Assembly: GCA_964649235.1 (NCBI GenBank)
Contig: CAZYOZ010000001.1
Coordinates: 9,102 to 73,101 of the forward strand
Reading direction: 5' to 3'
Length of the DNA: 64,000 nt
Source of the DNA: an uncultured Candidatus Bathyarchaeia archaeon
GTDB lineage: Archaea; Thermoproteota; Bathyarchaeia; 40CM-2-53-6
Shown here: in pieces, positions 40,613 to 50,915 of the stretch
How positions within the stretch are numbered: the first letter of the stretch is position 1
How the letters are laid out: every line of letters starts with the position of its first letter
Translations under genes and position numbers: made by a program
The notes under the pieces: generated by a model
Databases searched by the model: none
What the model saw: the letters and a program-made list of their open reading frames with translations, nothing else
What the model was told of the DNA's origin: nothing

Positions 40613-40637
40613 ATAACGTACGTCATAACAATATAAA
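40613..40637 (-). promoter_or_regulatory. sufS promoter: TATA box plus ATGAC-N4-GTTAT box
   Basis: Minus strand reads TTTATAT-tgtt-ATGACGTACGTTAT. Confidence 0.7.
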
Positions 40638-40664
40638 CTCTCCAAGCAATTCTCGAACTACGTG

Positions 40665-40973
40665 TCAAACTTCTACGTAAACACTTGTGCTTTCAACTTT
40701 CAGCTTGTATGTGCCCAATGGCACGACTGCCGGTGGATTCTGAACCGCTCCGGACCTGACATCAAATCTCGACAAATGTAGGGGGCATGTTACTTCAGAC
40801 CCTGTCAAGAAACCTAACGACAGGTCGGCCGTTTCATGCGTACAGATCCTATCTACAGCGTGGAGAGTTCCGTCAACGTTCACGATCATCAGACGTTTCC
40901 CCGCGACATCCACGGGGAACATTGTTCCTGCCTGAACATCGGAGACATCGCAGGCCTTGACGTATTCGCCCAA
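40665..40973 (-). CDS. Rieske-type ferredoxin
   Basis: CTHE...CPLH.SRFD. Confidence 0.92.
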   Translation of the reverse strand: MGEYVKACDVSDVQAGTMFPVDVAGKRLMIVNVDGTLHAVDRICTHETADLSLGFLTGSEVTCPLHLSRFDVRSGAVQNPPAVVPLGTYKLKVESTSVYVEV

Positions 40974-41130
40974 TCTTGAACCATCGGAACTTGCCGAGGG
41001 CTGTAATTACCCTTTTTGGCGACACGGGGCTCCGTGTTCTTTCCAGTTGTGCACGATGGCGACAGTGAGTATTGTAAGTATTGTTAGTTCCCAACACCTA
41101 TTTGCTTGGCTGGACCGGATTTGAAAGTGA

Positions 41131-42276
41131 GTGACGCACGTGGAATTTTCAGTGAGCAAACCCCAAGCGGCGGTTATGAGAAGGACTCGAAGATTTGTCG
41201 AAGATTATGTCTTGCCGAACGCTGACCGTTGGGACAAGTGCAAAAAGTTCCCCATGCAAGCATGGGGGGCATTGAGGAGAGCTGGCTTAACGGGGCTACC
41301 CATCCCACGCAAGTACGGAGGCGCAGGCCAAGATGTGGTTAGCTACGTTCTGGCAGTTGAAGAAATCTCCAGGGCCTCAGCAGCACTCGGCGTAACATTG
41401 GCCGTGCACGTGTCGTTAGCGAGTCAGCCGTTCCTTTGGTTTGGATCTGAGAGGCAAAAGAGACGTTACTTGAAACCACTAGCGCAGGGAAAGCAGCTCG
41501 GGTCATTCTGCTTGACTGAACCAGGTGCAGGAAGTGACGTAGCGTCGATGGAGTCCAAGGCGGTCCTGAAAGGCGACGAGTATGTAGTCAGCGGACGAAA
41601 GTACTTCATCGTTAACGCCCCGCTGGCGAGCACATACCTCGTGTTTGCCATGACTGACAAGTCTCTAGCCCACCGTGGGATTTCCTGCTTCATCGTTGAG
41701 AGAGGCATGCCTGGTGTGAAGATTGGCAAGGTCTTCGACAAGATGGGAATTCGGTCGTCTATGGTTTCGGAGGTTAAGTTCGATAATGTGCGGGTCCCAG
41801 CGGAGAACATGCTTGGCAGGCGAGGAGACGGCTTCAGGATCGCGATGGAGACTCTGGATTGCGGACGGATCAGCATCGCCGCCCAAGCAGTAGGCATAGC
41901 TCAAGCATCTCTCGATGCAGCAATTCAGCATGCCCGCTCGAGAGTCCAGTTCGGGAGGCCCATCTCAGACTTGCAAGCGATACGTTGGATGATTGCTGAC
42001 ATGGCTACAGAAATCGAGGCTGCGAGGCTGTTGACTTACAGGGCCGCTCGATTGACTGACGAAGGAAGAAAGCATACGAAAGAAGCCAGCATGGCGAAGC
42101 TGTTCGCTGCATCAACAGCCGTCGAAGCTACGCGCAGAGCGCTCCAGATCTATGGTGGTTACGGATACATGGCAGACCTGCCGATTGAGAGATACTACCG
42201 CGACGCGAAGATTACCGAGATCTACGAAGGCACCTCAGAGATTCAGAGATTAGTGATTTCCAACGAACTTCTGTGA
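41131..42276 (+). CDS. Acyl-CoA dehydrogenase
   Basis: FCLTEPGAGSD, KMGIR, RVQFGRPI, GGYGY, IYEGTSEIQR. Confidence 0.95.
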   Translation: MTHVEFSVSKPQAAVMRRTRRFVEDYVLPNADRWDKCKKFPMQAWGALRRAGLTGLPIPRKYGGAGQDVVSYVLAVEEISRASAALGVTLAVHVSLASQPFLWFGSERQKRRYLKPLAQGKQLGSFCLTEPGAGSDVASMESKAVLKGDEYVVSGRKYFIVNAPLASTYLVFAMTDKSLAHRGISCFIVERGMPGVKIGKVFDKMGIRSSMVSEVKFDNVRVPAENMLGRRGDGFRIAMETLDCGRISIAAQAVGIAQASLDAAIQHARSRVQFGRPISDLQAIRWMIADMATEIEAARLLTYRAARLTDEGRKHTKEASMAKLFAASTAVEATRRALQIYGGYGYMADLPIERYYRDAKITEIYEGTSEIQRLVISNELL

Positions 42277-42285
42277 TGTGTCTGT

Positions 42286-43725
42286 ATGACATTGAAATCG
42301 AAAGGCGAGTACCTGAGCAGCATCAGGAAGCAGAACGCCGAAGCCTACCTACTGGGGAAGCGCATACCCGATGTGACAAAGAACCCCTTTACGCGCTTAG
42401 CTCTGAATGGCGTTGGCCAGATCTATGAGTTCTCGAGGGACCCTAGCTTTGCGGGCCTTCTCACTAGGAGGGGAGAGTCTGGAGCTGCGATCAGCGCCTA
42501 CTGCTCAATTCACAAGACGAGAGAGGATCTGGTCAATCGTGTTCGCGCGGCTCGCTTGGTATGCCAGAAGACTGGAGTCTGCACGGCCAGCCGTTGCTGT
42601 GGCTGGGATGCTCTCAATGCTCTGTGGCACACCACATACGAAATAGATTCCCGCTTCAAGACAAGCTACCACAAAGGGCTGAGACGATACGCCGCAAAGG
42701 TACAGGACAGGGACTTGACTTGTGCTGGAGCGCTAACAGACCCAAAGGGCAACCGGTCCCTGAAACCGAGGCACCAACCAGACAAAGACATGTATCTTAG
42801 GCTAGTTGACGAGAACAGGAAAGGTATCATAGTTCGAGGAGCCAAAAGCATGATTGGAGGAGCCATAGGCTCACACGAGATAATCGTTCAGCCTGGCACT
42901 GGCTTCTCCGAGGCAGAGAAGGAACATGCTATTGCTTTTGCGATCCCGCTGGACGCTGAGGGTGTCGTTCAAGTGGTTGACATGCAGCCGGGTGGCGAGA
43001 GGAAGTTGGAAGATCGTTTCGATAAGGGAAACGTCAATTTTGGGTCTTCTGAGTCGCTGGTCGTGTTTGACGATGTCTTTGTCCCGAGAGAGAGGGTCTT
43101 CATGAATGGCGAGTACGAATACGCGGCGGAAGCTGTTAACAAATTCGTACTCTTACACCGGATGACTCTTGGTGGGTGCCTCGCTGGATGTGGGGACGTC
43201 TTGACAGGTGCCGCCGCGCTGATGGCAGAGTACAACGGGCTCTCCAGACAGCTTGCTGACCGTCTAGCTGAGATGACCTATCTCTCGGAAGCCCTGTACT
43301 CACAGGCGCTGGGCGCCGCTCACGAAGGCCAGGCCACTCTATCTGGGGCATGGTTCCCAGACCCTCTCTTGGCAAATGTCACGAAAATCAGCGTCTCCCG
43401 GCTCCCGTACGAAATTCAGAAGATAGCGGAGGACATAGGGGGCGGCATGGTCTCATGCATGCCGTCAGAACTCGACCTGAAAAACCTTAGGATCGGGGCG
43501 CTTGTCGAGAAGTACTACCGCGGGTCCCGCGAGGTCACAGCGGAGATGAGATTGAGAGCTGCTAAGTTGATTGAGAGCATGGTGGCTGGCCCCGGGAGGC
43601 TTGGCGCGCTTTGCATGCATGGTGGAGGTTCACCCGCGGCTGCCCAGATGGCGGTCAGGGAGCTCTCTGACCTCGAGAGAAAGAAGGACATGGCCAGAAG
43701 ATTGGCCGGCATAAAACAAGAATAA
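42286..43725 (+). CDS. 4-hydroxybutyryl-CoA dehydratase (AbfD)-like protein, divergent
   Basis: QKTGVCTASRC, TDPKGNR, VRGAK, E.LVVFDDVF, HR..LGGC, MHGGGSP. Confidence 0.85.
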   Translation: MTLKSKGEYLSSIRKQNAEAYLLGKRIPDVTKNPFTRLALNGVGQIYEFSRDPSFAGLLTRRGESGAAISAYCSIHKTREDLVNRVRAARLVCQKTGVCTASRCCGWDALNALWHTTYEIDSRFKTSYHKGLRRYAAKVQDRDLTCAGALTDPKGNRSLKPRHQPDKDMYLRLVDENRKGIIVRGAKSMIGGAIGSHEIIVQPGTGFSEAEKEHAIAFAIPLDAEGVVQVVDMQPGGERKLEDRFDKGNVNFGSSESLVVFDDVFVPRERVFMNGEYEYAAEAVNKFVLLHRMTLGGCLAGCGDVLTGAAALMAEYNGLSRQLADRLAEMTYLSEALYSQALGAAHEGQATLSGAWFPDPLLANVTKISVSRLPYEIQKIAEDIGGGMVSCMPSELDLKNLRIGALVEKYYRGSREVTAEMRLRAAKLIESMVAGPGRLGALCMHGGGSPAAAQMAVRELSDLERKKDMARRLAGIKQE

Positions 43726-43786
43726 CTAGGCGCCGGCAACATTCGATAACTACTCCCGTAGACACATCGCCTCGTGAGACGAAGCT

Positions 43787-44620
43787 ATGAACAAACCAAG
43801 GGTCGTCGCTTTTCAGGGCGAGCATGGTGCATATAGTGAACAGGCTGCGCTGAACCACTTTGGAATAACAGTCGAGACTCTCCCCTGCAGGGCTCTTCAG
43901 AAAGTCTTCGGAGTAGTTGAGGACGGAGGTGCAGAGATGGGAGTCATACCTGTCGAGAACTCACTAGAGGGGAGCATCAACCTTACCTACGACCTTCTCC
44001 TCGAATCGAATCTGAGAATAATCGGCGAAATCAAGCATAGAATCACCCATTGCCTTGTTGGTCCTCCAGGGACAAGGTTGGAGGACATCAAAGTCGTGTA
44101 CTCGCATCCGCAGGCGCTGGCTCAGTGCTCAGTTTTTCTGGATGGGCTGGGAATTCAGACATCTCCCACTTACGACACCGCTGGCAGCGTGAAGATGATA
44201 AAAGAGAGGCGGCTTCCAAACTCTGCCGCAATTGCAAGTGAACATGCCGCGGAAATATACGGCCTGACGGTTCTGCGCAAAGGAATAGAAGACTATTCCC
44301 AGAACTTCACTCGGTTCTTCGTGATAAGCAAGCACGAACCAGAACCATCAGGAAGAGACAAGACGACCATTGTATTCGGAACAAAGCATGCTCCCGGCGC
44401 ACTTCATAGAGCACTGGGCGAACTTGCCGACAGAGGAATAAACCTCACGAAGATTGAATCTCGGCCGGTGAGAACAACGCCCTGGGAATACTATTTCTTC
44501 GTGGATTTCGAGGGACACTCAAAAGACTACAAATGCGCGGAAGCGCTTGAAGCCTTGAGGGCTTCCGCAACCTTCCTGAAGGTCCTGGGCTCCTATCCAC
44601 GTGCCACAGATGACATTTGA
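43787..44620 (+). CDS. pheA: Prephenate dehydratase
   Basis: FQGEHGAYSE, PVENSLEG, SHPQALAQC, NFTRF, NLTKIESRP. Confidence 0.95.
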   Translation: MNKPRVVAFQGEHGAYSEQAALNHFGITVETLPCRALQKVFGVVEDGGAEMGVIPVENSLEGSINLTYDLLLESNLRIIGEIKHRITHCLVGPPGTRLEDIKVVYSHPQALAQCSVFLDGLGIQTSPTYDTAGSVKMIKERRLPNSAAIASEHAAEIYGLTVLRKGIEDYSQNFTRFFVISKHEPEPSGRDKTTIVFGTKHAPGALHRALGELADRGINLTKIESRPVRTTPWEYYFFVDFEGHSKDYKCAEALEALRASATFLKVLGSYPRATDDI

Positions 44621-44821
44621 CCGGTACTCCAGCCGCGTACCAAATTGTGGCAGACGCGTTAAAACAAACCGTCCTACCAAGTCGAAATGAAGCAATGTCT
44701 CCGAAGATTCACATACATGCACCCCGTTGCGGTCCTGTTCAATGTCTTGGGCGGATTGCTGGCGCGGGGTCCTAAGGCTGGTTCCGCGGTCCCCGCATCG
44801 CTGTGGCCAGAATATGTTTCG

Positions 44822-46486
44822 TCATTCTTCGGTTGACCCAGATGCAGGCTTGAAGAGTTTTTCTTTGTCCAGTAAGAGTTCTGTCTCAACGTACCTGCGG
44901 CCGTACATCTTCTTCACTATTAGGAAACGTCTTGACCGTTCCTTCAGCTCTCTCTCGTAGATCTCGATAATCCCGTCGAAGAAATCGATGACCGTGTGCG
45001 CTTCCTCTCTCGAGGTTATCAAGGGATTGAGCGTGGCCAGTATCGTGAAACCTTGGGCTTTTCGTTTGTCAACAAAATCCGCCAACCACTTGCGGGTTGT
45101 AAGCGATTTATGTTGCAGAAGTACTTCCGAAACAATGTCGAGGATCAGCATCTTGTCAGGCGCTTTCTCCAGGCCACGGTCCGTGATGGTCTTGCTTAAC
45201 ACTATGTTGAAGTCGCTCAGGTTTTCAACGCGAGGAAGCCCATAGACGTTTGGTGCGGCCAACCTGTCAGCATGCGGGCAGAAGGCATAGAAGTCCTTCT
45301 GGAACTGGGAGGCCAGATCTCTTGTCCTGCCTAAGTCCCCTGATACGTAGAAGGTGGGCCTGGCGGAGGAGACGCACGATTCGACAACTCTCCGCAGGAG
45401 GAGGTCCCTTTCATCGCAGGATGGAGAAACAAGCAAGACCGCGTATCCTTCCGGCAAGCCACCTGCCAAAACTGCGTCCAAATCCGTGTAGCCAGTCGAA
45501 ACGCTCGGTCCGGAAGGCACGGGAACCTCAATGGGCCGAGGTGCTTCTTGCTCTGCTACTGCAGATTCCGTTTCTTGAACGGGGATCGCGGCCGGTTTTC
45601 TTCTTCTTTTCACGATCATAAACGATGCTACGACCAAGACAGCTACTAGTCCGACTAATGCAAACACGCCAATTGGCGTTTGACGAGGCTCGCCTGGAGT
45701 TGTGGGCGTTGTGGTTGTGGCAGTAGGGGTGATCGGATTTTCTAGAATTGAGAGCGCCAGAGCTGCCGTGTAGGGCGTCTTTGTATTTGCGTCAAGGACG
45801 CCGGCAAACAGCTGCTCATCAGTTCCTCCGTAAGTGTTTCCTGCTGACATCGACCAGTCATGGCGTGCGTCCCCTGAGTTGAGCTTCTTCCGAAATTCGC
45901 ACCACATATACGAATCGTCCTGTGTGATAGTTCCTTCAACATCATTTGTGCCGCCGTCATCAACATCATTGAGCCAACGCGAACCATCGTAACCATAGAA
46001 ATCTCCGGCAATCCCTCGTTTGTTCACCTGACCCGCGTCGCTAGTCTTTCCCTGCGTGCCGATCGCGCCGGGTCCCCAGTGGTAGTAGATGCCGCAGTTA
46101 TCTTGCGCGTTGTCAGAGGAAAGCCGCTCCACCCTCAATAGAAGATAGAGCCATTCCTCATCATGTTTGGCTCGAATTGTGGCATCCTTCTTCTCTGATC
46201 CGTCTCGTGTGTACATAGCGATAGGATTCTCTGTCGTGTCAGACCATTCAACTGCGTCCGTGGTTCGTCCGTCCAGTGTGACGGGTTTTGTTAGCAATGG
46301 AGCTTGAACACTGGTTTGGGAGAACACGGCCATGAGGGCTGTGCCGGAGAAGACGAGGAATAGAATCACAAACGCCAGTATGTTTTGGCCCTTAGCGTAA
46401 CGCAATTTGGTGGGCGGGGTCCTACTCAGCAACTTGTCATCCTGAGATGTTGTTTGGGGCTTGAGGCGATCAACCAGATCAACCAT
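44822..46486 (-). CDS. Membrane protein: extracellular DOMON/CBM9-like domain + TM + degenerate KaiC/RAD55-like domain
   Basis: N-terminal hydrophobic helix, LDG....EW..D.EWLYL, Thr/Pro linker, TM then KRRRK, STGYTDLD..L.GGLPEG with Walker A replaced by SPSCDERD. Confidence 0.75.
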   Translation of the reverse strand: MVDLVDRLKPQTTSQDDKLLSRTPPTKLRYAKGQNILAFVILFLVFSGTALMAVFSQTSVQAPLLTKPVTLDGRTTDAVEWSDTTENPIAMYTRDGSEKKDATIRAKHDEEWLYLLLRVERLSSDNAQDNCGIYYHWGPGAIGTQGKTSDAGQVNKRGIAGDFYGYDGSRWLNDVDDGGTNDVEGTITQDDSYMWCEFRKKLNSGDARHDWSMSAGNTYGGTDEQLFAGVLDANTKTPYTAALALSILENPITPTATTTTPTTPGEPRQTPIGVFALVGLVAVLVVASFMIVKRRRKPAAIPVQETESAVAEQEAPRPIEVPVPSGPSVSTGYTDLDAVLAGGLPEGYAVLLVSPSCDERDLLLRRVVESCVSSARPTFYVSGDLGRTRDLASQFQKDFYAFCPHADRLAAPNVYGLPRVENLSDFNIVLSKTITDRGLEKAPDKMLILDIVSEVLLQHKSLTTRKWLADFVDKRKAQGFTILATLNPLITSREEAHTVIDFFDGIIEIYERELKERSRRFLIVKKMYGRRYVETELLLDKEKLFKPASGSTEE

Positions 46487-46960
46487 ATGGGATTCCTACA
46501 CAAAAGAGCAGAGTCTCCTCGACCTGTTTCGATATTAGACTTTCCAAGCTGCGCGAATTTGCAGAAGGTAAAGAGCAACCCAAACTAGGATTTGGTTGAC
46601 CCGAAATTTTACAGAGGAAATGGAAAACGGCTGAGGTGCAGGTCAAAAATGACTGGTTGACTCAATGCTTTCGAGAACGTCATGAGCGTTGAACGCGTAA
46701 TAGTTTCGCATGTTCTTTGTTCTCTTGCGACCGGGTAACTGTATTTTCAGGATATCCTGCTTTTCGCGAATCGCTTTGACAACCGCAGCGGGTGGAAGGA
46801 TGGATCGCGAGGCAACGTGATGCGGTTGGAAATGTATTCGAACCTACTCGCTCACGCGAACGCTAAGCCGGCATCAAGCTTGGTCTACCTAAGAGGCAAA
46901 CAAATCAGCCCGGAAAGATTCGTAGCGCTATCAGAAATATCGGGCCGACCTATGATATCA

Positions 46961-48379
46961 TTAACGGTATTTGTAGTGGCCCTCGAATATGTCGCGGGTC
47001 TTGTGTATTTCCTCCGGGTACTCGTCCTCAAACTCAGGAATCCTTATCGATGATTCGAAATCGTAAACCCCTGACCACTTCAAGTCAACGATTCTTCTAA
47101 TTCGCTTGGCGACTTGCAGAACTGGGATTCGCTCTATCACGGGTTCGAAGAATCCGATTATGATCAGTTTCTTGGCCTCGTCTTCCGATAGGCCTCTTGA
47201 CATCAGGTAGAAGATCTGCTCATCGTTTATCTGAGCAACTGAGGCGGAATGGGTGGCTTTGACTTCATTCGTTTCGATTTCGAGTCCAGGAATGGCGTCT
47301 GCGCGTGCATCCTTCCCGACGAGCATGCCATGTTCGGCAAGGTAAGCACGTGAGTTCTTTGCTTCCTTTCCGATCCGTATCATGCCCTTGAAGATTGACC
47401 TCGCCTTGTCTCTCACGACTCCCTTAGAAACTGCATGTCCTGTTGTGTTTGGGCCTGCGTGAGTTATGTTCGAGACGGTGTCGAAACGTTGCATCCCAGC
47501 GCCGAAAACGACTTCAATGTTCTCCGATGAGGCTCCTTGGCCTCTCATTACGCTCTCTAGGCGTGACCTAGTGTAGGCGCCGCCAAGGTAGCCTGAAGAC
47601 CACACGATCTGGCTGTCCCGCTCTCCGATTGACTTCTTGTTTGAAAATATGCTGACGCCTGTGGCAAGATTGTTTACAGTCGCATACGTAACCTCGGCCG
47701 CATCATAGAGGTGCGCCTCACTCAGATTGCTGTATGTCGCGCTCTTCTGTGGCCTTGCAAGTTGGGTTGAGTAGAGTTCTTCAAGGACAGTGAATTTGCT
47801 TCTCGGCTCTGCAATTACGAGATTCTGGGAGAAGAGGCCAAGGCCTTCTGAGTCGAGGATCGTCACTTGCCTGAAAGGCATGGTCACTTCTATGCCTTTT
47901 GGAACATGCAGAAAGAAACCTGATGTAAAGAGAGCGTTGTTCAGTGCAGCGAATTTGTCTTCGTCAGGCAGAATCGCTTTTTGTAGGAAGTAACTTCGGA
48001 AGAAGTCTGGGTTACTTCGAATTGCCGTTCCGATGTTCGTGAAGACTATTCCTGCTTCTTGGAGAGGCTGGTGAATCTCTGCTTGAAGAGTCTTCGATTC
48101 GATCTGGTAGAGGGTTATGGCCCGGTCAGACCTGAATTTTTCAAGAATACCGTTGACCTTTGCATGGGAAGGCTCTGCAGGCTGCAGGTTTGCTGATTCG
48201 AAGTCCACTCCGGAGAGGTCTGCGTATTTAGTGTATAGTGTGGAGAGTTCAAGCGGAAGTTTGCGGAACAGTTTCAATGATTTGACTCTGAACTCTCTCA
48301 GCCATTCCGGTTCTTCCCTTGAATCCGATATGGTTCGGATGAAGTCTTCTGTCGCTTGGGTTACCGTGACTTCTGACAT
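46961..48379 (-). CDS. sufD: Fe-S assembly protein SufD
   Basis: KFAALNNA, PGLEIETNEVKATHSASV, FYLMSRG. Confidence 0.92.
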   Translation of the reverse strand: MSEVTVTQATEDFIRTISDSREEPEWLREFRVKSLKLFRKLPLELSTLYTKYADLSGVDFESANLQPAEPSHAKVNGILEKFRSDRAITLYQIESKTLQAEIHQPLQEAGIVFTNIGTAIRSNPDFFRSYFLQKAILPDEDKFAALNNALFTSGFFLHVPKGIEVTMPFRQVTILDSEGLGLFSQNLVIAEPRSKFTVLEELYSTQLARPQKSATYSNLSEAHLYDAAEVTYATVNNLATGVSIFSNKKSIGERDSQIVWSSGYLGGAYTRSRLESVMRGQGASSENIEVVFGAGMQRFDTVSNITHAGPNTTGHAVSKGVVRDKARSIFKGMIRIGKEAKNSRAYLAEHGMLVGKDARADAIPGLEIETNEVKATHSASVAQINDEQIFYLMSRGLSEDEAKKLIIIGFFEPVIERIPVLQVAKRIRRIVDLKWSGVYDFESSIRIPEFEDEYPEEIHKTRDIFEGHYKYR

Positions 48380-48448
48380 CTTCTGCTTGCATCTCGTCGG
48401 TTGGAGGGCCGTGAATTGTGAATGGACTGTTGCGAAAAAGGGTTGGGG

Positions 48449-49852
48449 TTAGCCGACTGAACCAGCCATCTCCAGCTGTATGAGTCTATTCAGTTCTATC
48501 GCGTATTCCATTGGAAGTTCTTTGGTGAAGGGTTCTAAGAAACCCATGACAATCATGTTTAGCGCTTCTTGCTCTGAGAGGCCTCTGGACATAAGGTAGA
48601 ACAGTTGGTCCTCGCCGATCTTTCCGACGGTTGCTTCATGAGTGGTTGTGGCATCATCTTCGTTGATCTCGTTGTACGGGTACGTATCCGTCCTTGAATA
48701 TTCGTCCAGTAGGAGAGCGTCGCATCTGACACTCGACTTCACACCCTTAGCCCCCTTCGCGACATGGAGCAAACCACGATAGGTTGTTCTTCCACCATCC
48801 TTCGAGACCGACTTCGATGTGATTCTTGAAGTGGTGTGTGGTGCGAGGTGCACAACTTTACCACCGGCGTCTTGGTGCTGGTTCTTGCCAGCGAAGGCTA
48901 TAGAGAGAATCTCAGCTTTTGCGCCAGATCCGAGCAAGTAAACTGACGGATACTTCATTGTGAGTTTGCTGCCGATGTTTCCGTCAACCCATTCGACGGT
49001 GGCGTTCGCGTAAGCGTAAGCTCGTTTGGTAACCAGATTGTAGACATCATTGGACCAGTTCTGGATAGTCGTGTAACGCACATAAGCCCCCGGCTTCGCG
49101 ATGATTTCAACGACTGCTGAGTGCAGTGAATCTGTTGAATAGATTGGTGCAGTGCATCCTTCGATGTAGTGCACTCTGCTGTTCTTCTCGGCTATGATGA
49201 GCGTTCGTTCGAATTGGCCCATGTTCTGAACATTTATCCTGAAGTACGCCTGAAGCGGTACATCCACGTGCACGCCTTCAGGAACATAGATGAAGCTCCC
49301 GCCGCTCCAGACTGCACTGTTCAGCGCGGCGAATTTGTTGTCCTCGGGCGGTATGACTGTCCCGAAATGCTTCTTCACAATCTCCGGATACTCACGGAGA
49401 GCTGTATCCGTATCGACGAAGATCACGCCCTTCTTTGCCAGGTCCTCTCTCAAATTGTGATAGACAACTTCAGATTCGTATTGCGCGCCCACACCGCCTA
49501 GGAACTTTCTCTCAGCTTCAGGGATCCCTAGCTTTTCGAAGGTTTCCTTGATGTAGCTTGGGACGTCGTCCCATGATCGGCTCTTCTTTTCGGTTGGGCT
49601 AGCGTAGTAGACCATATCATCGAAGCCAAGCTTGCTTAGGTCGCCGCCCCACGTCGGCAAAGGCCTTTTCATGAAGTGGTCATAGGCCCTGAGCCTGAAC
49701 TGGCGCATCCAGTCAGGTTCTTTCTTAATCATTGAAATTTGCTCAACAATTTCACGGCTGAGACCCTGCGGGAACTTGTACTGGTAGTCGGTGTCAGAGG
49801 ACCTGAAATTGTACTTCGAATAATCGATGTCGATTACTTGAGCGGTGGCCAT
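48449..49852 (-). CDS. sufB: Fe-S assembly protein SufB
   Basis: [38 protein letters not shown]. Confidence 0.97.
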   Translation of the reverse strand: MATAQVIDIDYSKYNFRSSDTDYQYKFPQGLSREIVEQISMIKKEPDWMRQFRLRAYDHFMKRPLPTWGGDLSKLGFDDMVYYASPTEKKSRSWDDVPSYIKETFEKLGIPEAERKFLGGVGAQYESEVVYHNLREDLAKKGVIFVDTDTALREYPEIVKKHFGTVIPPEDNKFAALNSAVWSGGSFIYVPEGVHVDVPLQAYFRINVQNMGQFERTLIIAEKNSRVHYIEGCTAPIYSTDSLHSAVVEIIAKPGAYVRYTTIQNWSNDVYNLVTKRAYAYANATVEWVDGNIGSKLTMKYPSVYLLGSGAKAEILSIAFAGKNQHQDAGGKVVHLAPHTTSRITSKSVSKDGGRTTYRGLLHVAKGAKGVKSSVRCDALLLDEYSRTDTYPYNEINEDDATTTHEATVGKIGEDQLFYLMSRGLSEQEALNMIVMGFLEPFTKELPMEYAIELNRLIQLEMAGSVG

Positions 49853-49876
49853 GCGCTTCGCCTGACTAGGCTAATC

Positions 49877-49893
49877 ATGACATACGTTATAAG
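49877..49893 (-). promoter_or_regulatory. Internal sufB promoter: TTATAA overlapping an ATAAC-N4-GTCAT box
   Basis: Plus strand reads ATGACATACGTTATAAG. Confidence 0.65.
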
Positions 49894-49901
49894 CGTTCCT
49901 T

Positions 49902-50696
49902 TCAACGGGCAGCTACAATGTCTCGCTCAAGCCACTCGTAGCCCTTCTGCTCGAGCTCCTGAGCTAACTCAGGACCGCCGGACCTGACGATTCTCCCGTC
50001 AACCATCACATGCACAAACTGCGGTTTCAAATACTGTAGAATTCTCTGGTAGTGGGTGATCATGAGCACGCCCATCTCGGGGCCCACCATGGTGCCCGTG
50101 ACTTCTGCTACCTTCCTGACCGCATCGATGTCGAGGCCTGAATCAGTTTCATCCATTATCGCAATGACGGGTTTCAAGACGGCCATCTGAAGAATCTCTG
50201 CTCTTTTCTTCTCCCCGCCGGAGAATCCTTCATTCAAGTAGCGGCTCGCGAAGGATTCGTCCATCTCAACTTCCTTCAGCTTCTCCTGGAGCTTCTTCTT
50301 GAAGGCTACGGCCGATATCATCTCCGCGCCCACTCCTTTCGCCTCAGGCTTCTGCTGGCCGTCACCTTTCACGGCTCGGTAGGCGGTTCGAAGGAATTGG
50401 GATAGGGGGACGCCTGGGATCTCCAGCGGGTATTGGAACGCCAAGAACAGGCCCTTCTTGGCGCGCTGGTTGGGACTGAGCGAAACGATGCTCTCTCCAT
50501 TGACGAGAATGTCGCCGCTGTCAATCTTGTATCTGGGGTGTCCCATCAACGTATTTGCGAGAGTGCTCTTGCCAGACCCATTTGGGCCCATGATTGCGTG
50601 AATTTCGCCTTGAGATACCCTCAGGTTAACGCCTTTCAGAATTTCTTTGCCTTCGATGCTGACGTGTAGGTCTCTGATTTCCAGGGTACTAGTCAT
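49902..50696 (-). CDS. sufC: Fe-S assembly ATPase SufC
   Basis: GPNGSGKST, LAFQYP, FSGGEKKR, DETDSGLDID. Confidence 0.97.
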   Translation of the reverse strand: MTSTLEIRDLHVSIEGKEILKGVNLRVSQGEIHAIMGPNGSGKSTLANTLMGHPRYKIDSGDILVNGESIVSLSPNQRAKKGLFLAFQYPLEIPGVPLSQFLRTAYRAVKGDGQQKPEAKGVGAEMISAVAFKKKLQEKLKEVEMDESFASRYLNEGFSGGEKKRAEILQMAVLKPVIAIMDETDSGLDIDAVRKVAEVTGTMVGPEMGVLMITHYQRILQYLKPQFVHVMVDGRIVRSGGPELAQELEQKGYEWLERDIVAAR

Positions 50697-50733
50697 CTCG
50701 CATCACGGAAGTTCGCGGTAAGACCAAGGCCTG

Positions 50734-50758
50734 TTTATTTAAGTATGACGTATGTTAT
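50734..50758 (-). promoter_or_regulatory. sufC promoter: ATAAC-N4-GTCAT box just upstream of TTAAATAA
   Basis: Plus strand reads TTTATTTAAGT-ATGACGTATGTTAT. Confidence 0.7.
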
Positions 50759-50766
50759 GGAGAGCC

Positions 50767-50871
50767 TCAAAACGGCAGAGGCGCAGACTTCCTGTAAGGG
50801 CCACGCTTACGCTTCCGAGCCTTCGTCTTCTTCTCGATCTGCCGTCCAATCTTATCTTCCGTATCGAACAT
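50767..50871 (-). CDS. Putative basic micro-protein (34 aa) with RKRGPYRKS motif
   Basis: MFDTEDKIGRQIEKKTKARKRKRGPYRKSAPLPF fills the nuoI-sufC gap, co-oriented. Confidence 0.5.
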   Translation of the reverse strand: MFDTEDKIGRQIEKKTKARKRKRGPYRKSAPLPF

Positions 50872-50915
50872 GTATTGCACTACACCATGGATGCTCAGAA
50901 CTAGTCGATCCTGGC

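Noticed and set aside
46490..46960. 470-bp gap checked for RNase P or SRP RNA and micro-ORFs
   Set aside because: No conserved P4 or SRP motifs and no convincing ORF seen
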